Part shown: piece after piece, positions 57,917 to 64,000 of the stretch
How the letters are laid out: every line of letters begins with the position of its first letter
Position numbering within the stretch: the first letter of the stretch is position 1
IMG/VR virus record: IMGVR_UViG_3300020050_006168
Coordinates: 1 to 64,000 of that record
DNA: 64,000 nucleotides
Source of the DNA: a virus
Taxonomy: Duplodnaviria; Caudoviricetes
Reading direction: 5' to 3' (one strand)
Translations under genes and position numbers: made by a program
Notes under the pieces: model-generated
Told to the model about the DNA's origin: nothing
Databases searched by the model: none
The model's input: only the letters and a program-made list of their open reading frames with translations

Positions 57917-58181
57917 GACCCATTTCTCTTAGGAAAGTTGCAACAGCAGCAATTCCGATAATAACTCGGATTGTCCAATTGATCCTATTGTCAGAAGTTT
58001 CTACTCTAACAACTCGATCTTGTAGTAACTTAACTTGTTCATCAGTCATGTCACTGCGTTTAATATGATGAGCAATATCACTGGTGTTTTGTGCCATAGT
58101 GATTTTAACTTCAGTCATATCTTCCTGAACTTTATCAAGCTTACTTTCGAATCTTTCCATTATCTCATTGAGCTTCATCAT
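57909..58181 (-). CDS. XhlA/holin-like coiled-coil + C-terminal TM protein
   Basis: Coiled coil followed by 'WTIRVIIGIAAVATFL'. Confidence 0.45.
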   Translation of the reverse strand: MMKLNEIMERFESKLDKVQEDMTEVKITMAQNTSDIAHHIKRSDMTDEQVKLLQDRVVRVETSDNRINWTIRVIIGIAAVATFLREMGLI

Positions 58182-60306
58182 CTGACTCCAATAATTGTCT
58201 GAAGGCTGGTTGCTGCATAAGTGTAAACATAACAGCTTTTCGTTTAGCTGCTGGTTGATCTATAATATTTCTAATGACTGGAGCAAACTTACTGTTCTTG
58301 CTTTCCAATTTCATTGCCAATTTATTTAATTGATCAGGCACCATATCATAAAGGGCTCTGCCCATTTCAGGCAATCTAGTTTTATCAAATACAGCAGAGG
58401 CTTTACCAGCACCAGATGCTAAGTATAAAGACTTACCTCTAGCGTTAAATGGTAATAGAATATGATTTTTTACATCAGTAGCTAAGAAAGACTCAGACTG
58501 AGCTGACTTCATTAAGTATTCTTTTTTAGATAAATCCATAAGCTTAGCGGTTACTTGCTCAATTTTATCAGCGTCAACTATTCCTTTATTTGCTAACTCA
58601 AGAGCAATGCCCTTAGCAGTTTCAATACGTCTACCCTGATTAGTATCTGGATCTTTAGCCATACGTAAGAACATATCTTTAATCTTTTCAGCAGCAGTAA
58701 TCTGTGCTTTCTTTAGATCATCACCTTGAATACCACCATGATCAATACCAATTTGAGCTTTGATATCACCAAGGCTTGATCGTAGTCCATTAAGTTCAGA
58801 TTGAACCACTGGGTCCATTGCATTCTCTTTAGCAAGACCTTTCATAGTTAATCCTGTGTCAGCAAGAACAGCATTCTTTCTTGTTGAATCATTCCCCATA
58901 TTAAATAGATCAAAAATATCTTGACCTTTTTTAGCTACTTCTTTTAAAGTATCGGGATCAAGCTCTGGTCTACCAATAACTTCTTCTGTTCCTGTCGTAA
59001 CACCAGGTTTAATCTGTTCCGCTTTAATTTGAGTTTTACCCGTAGGAGTAACAACCTCACTCTTAACGTATTTCTGCCCAGTGATAGGATCAATTTCTTG
59101 ACCAATTTTAGGGTTGTACCCTTTGTCATAAGTACTTTTTATTTTATTAAATATCTCTTCTTCTAGTTCTAATTTATTTCTAGAAGGGTCACTGTCAACA
59201 ATATCTTGAGCATATTTGGAAGCAAGGTTTCTAATAGTAGCATCAGACTCTACCTTACCTTTACCAAGTTTATCTTGTAATTTTTGAGTAGCATTATTAA
59301 TACCATCTAAATCATTAACAACAGATGTCTCTTTATTGCTTACTTGACCAACAGCATTAAGATATTCTTCAATCTCAGCTCTACCTCTGTCATAATTTTT
59401 ATCACGAACTTTAACATTATCTAATGCTTTAGTTACTTGGTCTCTGAATTCTTTAAAGTTTAAACTCTTACCTTGCGCAGCGGCTTCTTTATACGCAGCA
59501 TCGTATCGTTCACTAACAGCTTTTCCTAGATCAGTAGTCATCATAGGAATGTATTCATTTTTAATTGTATTGAATAATCCCTCAGTTGTCTGAGTTAGAT
59601 TTTGAGGAGTGTTGAAATTAGGATCAGCTTTTGCGTAGCTAAACATGTCAGTAAGATCTTTACCGTACTTAGATCCTGTCCAGAAATCTTTAGTTTTACT
59701 AAGACCTTTACCAATAGCACCCATTCCGGCACCCATTACACCACCGATACCAGCACCCTCAAGCGTATCTACACCAGCGTCCTTAACTTTACCTAGGTCA
59801 GTAGGGTCAGTTAGATCTGCTTCAGAAGTACCAAGACCAAATAGTCCGCCAGCAATAGCACCTTGTTTAGCTAGGGCAGCAACACCAGTAGCGCTTCCTG
59901 CACCAGGAACTGGGACAGCTAAGCCACCGGCTAGATTACCAGCAAGGTATGTAAGAGGATTTTCTTCTTCGGCTTGTTTGTAATTAGATCTTGATTCATC
60001 TCTGTGTTTTTTATAGTTATCAACCATTGATGTATCGCCACCAAGTAAATCCATAAAAGATTCACCACCTCCGGTAAGCTCATCAGCAAAGCCAAAGGTT
60101 GCCCCCTGCGCTGCGCCACGTAGCCCAGATTCGGTTTTAGATATTGGTTCAATCTCTGGCTCAGTTTCTTTAACGGGCTCAGCCTTAGGCGTGCTAGGGC
60201 CTGAGTGAAGGGCTTTAAGTTCCTCATCTGATAATGCAGAATAATCAATAGGCTCACCATTGTGTAGAGCTTTTAATGTAGCATCAGATAATTTACTATA
60301 ATCCAT
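58165..60306 (-). CDS. internal virion / DNA ejection protein
   Basis: 713 aa helical protein with 'GLRGAAQGATFGFADE' and Gly/Ala-rich membrane-like segment. Confidence 0.6.
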   Translation of the reverse strand: MDYSKLSDATLKALHNGEPIDYSALSDEELKALHSGPSTPKAEPVKETEPEIEPISKTESGLRGAAQGATFGFADELTGGGESFMDLLGGDTSMVDNYKKHRDESRSNYKQAEEENPLTYLAGNLAGGLAVPVPGAGSATGVAALAKQGAIAGGLFGLGTSEADLTDPTDLGKVKDAGVDTLEGAGIGGVMGAGMGAIGKGLSKTKDFWTGSKYGKDLTDMFSYAKADPNFNTPQNLTQTTEGLFNTIKNEYIPMMTTDLGKAVSERYDAAYKEAAAQGKSLNFKEFRDQVTKALDNVKVRDKNYDRGRAEIEEYLNAVGQVSNKETSVVNDLDGINNATQKLQDKLGKGKVESDATIRNLASKYAQDIVDSDPSRNKLELEEEIFNKIKSTYDKGYNPKIGQEIDPITGQKYVKSEVVTPTGKTQIKAEQIKPGVTTGTEEVIGRPELDPDTLKEVAKKGQDIFDLFNMGNDSTRKNAVLADTGLTMKGLAKENAMDPVVQSELNGLRSSLGDIKAQIGIDHGGIQGDDLKKAQITAAEKIKDMFLRMAKDPDTNQGRRIETAKGIALELANKGIVDADKIEQVTAKLMDLSKKEYLMKSAQSESFLATDVKNHILLPFNARGKSLYLASGAGKASAVFDKTRLPEMGRALYDMVPDQLNKLAMKLESKNSKFAPVIRNIIDQPAAKRKAVMFTLMQQPAFRQLLESDDEAQ

Positions 60307-61802
60307 TATAATCCTCGTCTTTTTAACTCAGCAGCAACCGCATCTTTATCAACGTTCTTTTCGATATTAGATGTTGGGTTAGATTCAAATATATTCTCAG
60401 GCAATCCTTGTTGCATTAACATTAGTTTCCAAGCTTCAGGTTGTTTCTTGGCAAGATCAGCATACGATGAAAGCATTTTTTGTGCTTCTCGTTTGATTTG
60501 GGTATCAGCTAAAGCTTTTTCTCTTTCTACAGTTTCCATCATCTTATCAACAAATTTAGCTTGGCCAGCTCCTTTTGGTATATTAGATATATAAGATGTC
60601 AATTTTGAAATATCACCAGAAATACTTTTAGGTATAAGTTTATCAGTGCCCGAAATAGTAGCAGCACCTTGAGAAAGCATTGCATCAAGTGATTTTGCTA
60701 ATTCAACAATTTGAGGGTTAGTCATTTGACCCCTAGGTTGTTGATTTACTAATGTTTCTATCGCCTCAGAAGAACGTAAAATATTACCAGATTTACCAAA
60801 AGCGGTACGTCCTGAAGCAATAGATGCTGTAATCATTTTATTAGCTTTGTCTAAACGACCAATATCTACATTTTCTTGTTTTGATTTAGCCTGTTCCGCT
60901 TTAGATGCATTACGGTCTTTAGCCATCTCTTTACGATTTTCATTAGCTTCAAACTGACTTACCATATTGGCTAAGTTATTTTGACCAAACAGATCTTCTA
61001 CTTGTTTACTAGACATTGTATTAGTTACTTTGGATGCTAAGTCTTTTCTACCAATTCTAGTTAAAGAATCAATTACCGAAGCTCTAGCTACCTTAGATAG
61101 TTCGCTATTAGGATTACGTTGAGCATCAGCATCACCGGCTTCGGCCCTAGCCTTAGCAATATCAAGATCAAATTTAGTATTCTCTTTAGTTCGTTTTTCT
61201 CTATCAAGGAAATCACTAAGATCCATTTCTGCAATCTTTTTAAGACCATCAAATTTACCTGGCTCATAAGCTAGGTGTCCTTGACCGGCAATAGCTGTAC
61301 CAATCCTGTCAGCAGACTCGGCTAGTTGTAAATTACGAAGCTGATCTTTTCTATCGGCTTGTAATTGTTTCATCATATCATCAGCCGTTGGTGCTTGTGG
61401 TACCGGTGGTTGAGCAAGAGGTGGAACTGGGGCTGGTGATGTATCAGGTTGTGGCATAGGAGGAGCCATGTTAGGCTTAGCCATAGGCTTCTGGTCAAGT
61501 ATAGAAGGCATGTCAATGGCAGGAGCTGTGTCGTATGAAGGTGCTTTTAGCGCAGCCATAGACTCCATTGTTGTAGGAACAGGGGTTGCAAGTGCATTAC
61601 CCTGAACCATATTAGATTCAGGGGACTCAGTGTAATTATACAATGGAGCCTGAATTCCAGGAGGTGATAACATAGGACTAAGAATAGAAGGCTGGTCCTT
61701 CATAGGGTCCATAGGTGACATAGGGTATTGTTGGTTCTGAGCCTGGGGCTGAGAACTCTGACCTAGAGAACCTAATAAGTTTTTAAGAAAATCTAAATCC
61801 AT
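60306..61802 (-). CDS. internal virion / ejection protein
   Basis: Pro/Gln-rich N-terminus, helical C-terminus; in ejectosome-like operon. Confidence 0.5.
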   Translation of the reverse strand: MDLDFLKNLLGSLGQSSQPQAQNQQYPMSPMDPMKDQPSILSPMLSPPGIQAPLYNYTESPESNMVQGNALATPVPTTMESMAALKAPSYDTAPAIDMPSILDQKPMAKPNMAPPMPQPDTSPAPVPPLAQPPVPQAPTADDMMKQLQADRKDQLRNLQLAESADRIGTAIAGQGHLAYEPGKFDGLKKIAEMDLSDFLDREKRTKENTKFDLDIAKARAEAGDADAQRNPNSELSKVARASVIDSLTRIGRKDLASKVTNTMSSKQVEDLFGQNNLANMVSQFEANENRKEMAKDRNASKAEQAKSKQENVDIGRLDKANKMITASIASGRTAFGKSGNILRSSEAIETLVNQQPRGQMTNPQIVELAKSLDAMLSQGAATISGTDKLIPKSISGDISKLTSYISNIPKGAGQAKFVDKMMETVEREKALADTQIKREAQKMLSSYADLAKKQPEAWKLMLMQQGLPENIFESNPTSNIEKNVDKDAVAAELKRRGL

Positions 61803-61804
61803 AA

Positions 61805-62806
61805 TTAAGTTGCCTTTCTGGAAAAGGCAGAGAGTAGAGGGTTCTCTTCATCTTTTTTATCTTTAGCTAAAGATGCAAATCCTGTGCCAAGTCCACTACC
61901 AATTCCTGAGTACATTTTAGCAGTATCCGTAGCTTGGCCTGCATTTAGATTAGCCATATTTTGGTATCCAGCAGAAACTCCACCAGCTTTTTTAATAGCA
62001 TTATCAAAGTTATTCTGCTCAAGACCTTTATTAAATTTCTGTTGATCATTTCTTGTATCGACATTTTTGTTAGATAAATTCTGATTAGCAGCAAGATTAA
62101 TCTCTTGTGCTCTATTACCTCTATCTACATTTCTCATTTGAGAATTAGTTCTTTGGTTGGCATTGAACTCAGCAATAGCATCTTGTTTACCGTATAGATC
62201 TTTTTGTCTACCATAGTCGGCTTGCTGTAAGGTATTACCTAGAGATCCCGCTCTGTCAGAAGCATCTAATTTTCTTTGTGCAGCAATAGATGCAAGTTGT
62301 AATGCTTGTTCTGATGCTTGATTAGAACTTCCTTGAGCTGAAGCTAATTGTGCTGCAAGCTCATCACCAGATCCACCCATACCACGAGCTGCTCTATTTT
62401 CTAAGATAGCTTTTTGATTGGATGTATTCTGTTGATTGGATTGATTTAACATACTTTGTAATTGAGCACGGTCTACGTCAGGTAGTCCTTGCTCAGCAAC
62501 CTGAGACATTTTAGCCAATGCAGACATAGTTGCTTCGTTATACTTAGGATCGAGATTTACGTTCTGTAAAGCCGTATCACCAAGCTGTTGTGTAGTTTCA
62601 GTAGATGGAGTTAAGTTACCTTGAGATTGGTACTGTTCTAAAGCAAGACGCATCTTTTCAATATCAGGAAGATTAATATTAGTATACGCAGCAAGCGCTG
62701 CTTTCATATCATTTTCAGAATTCTTTTTAGCTCCGGCAGCAGCTTCGCTACCCAAGATTCCAGATACTATTGGTAAGCCTATTGAGGCAATTGTAAGTGG
62801 GTCCAT
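61805..62806 (-). CDS. DNA pilot/ejection protein (P22 gp7 / T7 gp14-like architecture)
   Basis: 'MDPLTIASIGLPIVSGILGS.AA' start; Gln/Asn/Ala-rich helices; Gly-rich C-terminus. Confidence 0.55.
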   Translation of the reverse strand: MDPLTIASIGLPIVSGILGSEAAAGAKKNSENDMKAALAAYTNINLPDIEKMRLALEQYQSQGNLTPSTETTQQLGDTALQNVNLDPKYNEATMSALAKMSQVAEQGLPDVDRAQLQSMLNQSNQQNTSNQKAILENRAARGMGGSGDELAAQLASAQGSSNQASEQALQLASIAAQRKLDASDRAGSLGNTLQQADYGRQKDLYGKQDAIAEFNANQRTNSQMRNVDRGNRAQEINLAANQNLSNKNVDTRNDQQKFNKGLEQNNFDNAIKKAGGVSAGYQNMANLNAGQATDTAKMYSGIGSGLGTGFASLAKDKKDEENPLLSAFSRKAT

Positions 62807-63936
62807 TATTTTCCCTTATATTCTGGCGGTAAACCGCGTAATTGATTTAAACCGTCCAATAAACCTTGTCTGTGAGTATTCCATTTGTCTTCAGTTGCTT
62901 GACGATTGGCAACGGTACTATTAACCATATCTTGTTTACCTTGTCTCATTGAATCAAGATAACTTTGAACTTCAGCTTGTTGTTGTTGTGGAGTTAATTC
63001 TTGATAGTAAGCCTTTTGTCCATTTTGATTAGTAAATGTTCTATCTCGGCTATCTCTACTAGTCATAGCAGCAGTTGCTACTTGATTTTCTAATTGTTTT
63101 AAATAAGTAGGGTCATTTTTTAAACCACTAACAGCGTTTTGTCCACCATATAAAGAATAATCCCCACCGCCATTTGCTTGAGAAATTATTTGTTTTATAT
63201 AATCATCTTGGACTTTAGTATCTTGTTGTTCTTTAGTATTTAATGGATCAGTAAAATAACCATTTTGATTGCGAGAATTTAATCTTTCAATTTCAATTCG
63301 TTTTTGTTGTTCCATATTCATATCGGCATTAACATTACCTTTACGTGTAAGATAATTATTATATCCTTGTCCAACTAAAGTTGATTGTAGATTATTTAAT
63401 AAATCCAATCTCGCTTTATTATTAGCGGCAGCACCAGAACCAGCTCCACCACCTAAGCCTAGACTATTTATTAGACTACCGGCAAGTTGACCCGGAGCAC
63501 CGTTTAATCCACCAAAAATTCTACCTAGATCTGAATTACCGAGAGCATTAATGCCCATAGCAACACCAGGTCTAGCTATCATTCCACTAACATCAGTCGC
63601 GACTTGTCCTAAATTAGCTCTTTCTTGATTTGTATTTTGAGCATTAACTGCATCCATACCGTTAGCACCTAAATAATCCGCTAGATTAATGCCCATTCTT
63701 GCGTTAGCAGTCGAACCACCACCAAAAATAGAACTAGTTCCTTTATCAGAACCTTCTCCATAAATATTAGCACCTTGTGAATATTTTAAGAAGTTATCTT
63801 GTGCGTTATTTAACATAGATCTTAATGAATCTTGACCTTCTTTAGCTTTTACTGCAGACTCTAGATCGGATTCTTTTGTTAATTTAAGTTGACTAGGATC
63901 AAAACTAAACTTACCATCAGAACCAATACCGCCCAT
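62806..63936 (-). CDS. internal virion protein
   Basis: Gly/Asn-rich, in same operon. Confidence 0.45.
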   Translation of the reverse strand: MGGIGSDGKFSFDPSQLKLTKESDLESAVKAKEGQDSLRSMLNNAQDNFLKYSQGANIYGEGSDKGTSSIFGGGSTANARMGINLADYLGANGMDAVNAQNTNQERANLGQVATDVSGMIARPGVAMGINALGNSDLGRIFGGLNGAPGQLAGSLINSLGLGGGAGSGAAANNKARLDLLNNLQSTLVGQGYNNYLTRKGNVNADMNMEQQKRIEIERLNSRNQNGYFTDPLNTKEQQDTKVQDDYIKQIISQANGGGDYSLYGGQNAVSGLKNDPTYLKQLENQVATAAMTSRDSRDRTFTNQNGQKAYYQELTPQQQQAEVQSYLDSMRQGKQDMVNSTVANRQATEDKWNTHRQGLLDGLNQLRGLPPEYKGK

Positions 63937-64000
63937 AGCTAGTTTAGCTAAAGCTTCGTATTGTTTAACGTCTTGTTTATTAGCAACGTCCTGAAATCCT

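Noticed and set aside
19655-60260. Short nested or antisense ORFs inside lon, nrdJ, primase-helicase, polB and ejection genes
   Set aside because: Fully overlapped by well-supported genes; typical shadow ORFs
1-64000. CRISPR array, retron/DGR reverse transcriptase, integrase
   Set aside because: No regularly spaced direct repeats and no RT (YxDD in RT context) or recombinase motifs seen in the ORFs
1-64000. Stop-codon reassignment
   Set aside because: Core genes translate full-length in the standard code and end in TAA, TGA or TAG

Overview
The window is a 64 kb segment of a large, AT-rich, apparently lytic dsDNA tailed phage. Portal and ejection-type proteins suggest a podovirus-like particle. 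No integrase, rRNA, CRISPR array or host housekeeping operon is visible. The minus strand carries virion genes at both ends: 1-10.8 kb (terminase, portal, tail/adhesin proteins, lysozyme-like and permuted papain-like hydrolases) and 57.9-64 kb (internal/ejection proteins). The major capsid gene is not recognisable and probably lies outside the window. The plus strand (11-57.9 kb) is an almost uninterrupted run of early/middle genes. These cover nucleotide metabolism (ThyX, class II RNR, two dNTP pyrophosphatases, HAD) and replication/recombination (AEP-primase/DnaB-like helicase, PolB, Erf, PD-(D/E)XK exonuclease, T5 A1-like phosphoesterase), plus four HNH genes and one DUF559-like endonuclease. 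The notable accessory content is: (i) a dispersed phiEco32-type peptide/amide ligase system (type-2 COOH-NH2 ligase, two paralogous amidoligases, class II glutamine amidotransferase, ATP-grasp, gamma-glutamylcyclotransferase); (ii) an unusual protease set (full-length Lon, signal-peptide ClpP-like, subtilase, HEXXH peptidase); (iii) Coq7-like di-iron, DarG-like macrodomain and stand-alone ligase-Ia proteins; (iv) a sigma54 promoter with an IHF site near a probable genome end; (v) several structured non-coding elements, including a 61-nt CCA-ending tRNA-like RNA. A diderm, sigma54-using host (possibly Bdellovibrionota/Myxococcota-like) is inferred, not shown. All assignments come from motif recognition by eye, without database searches.
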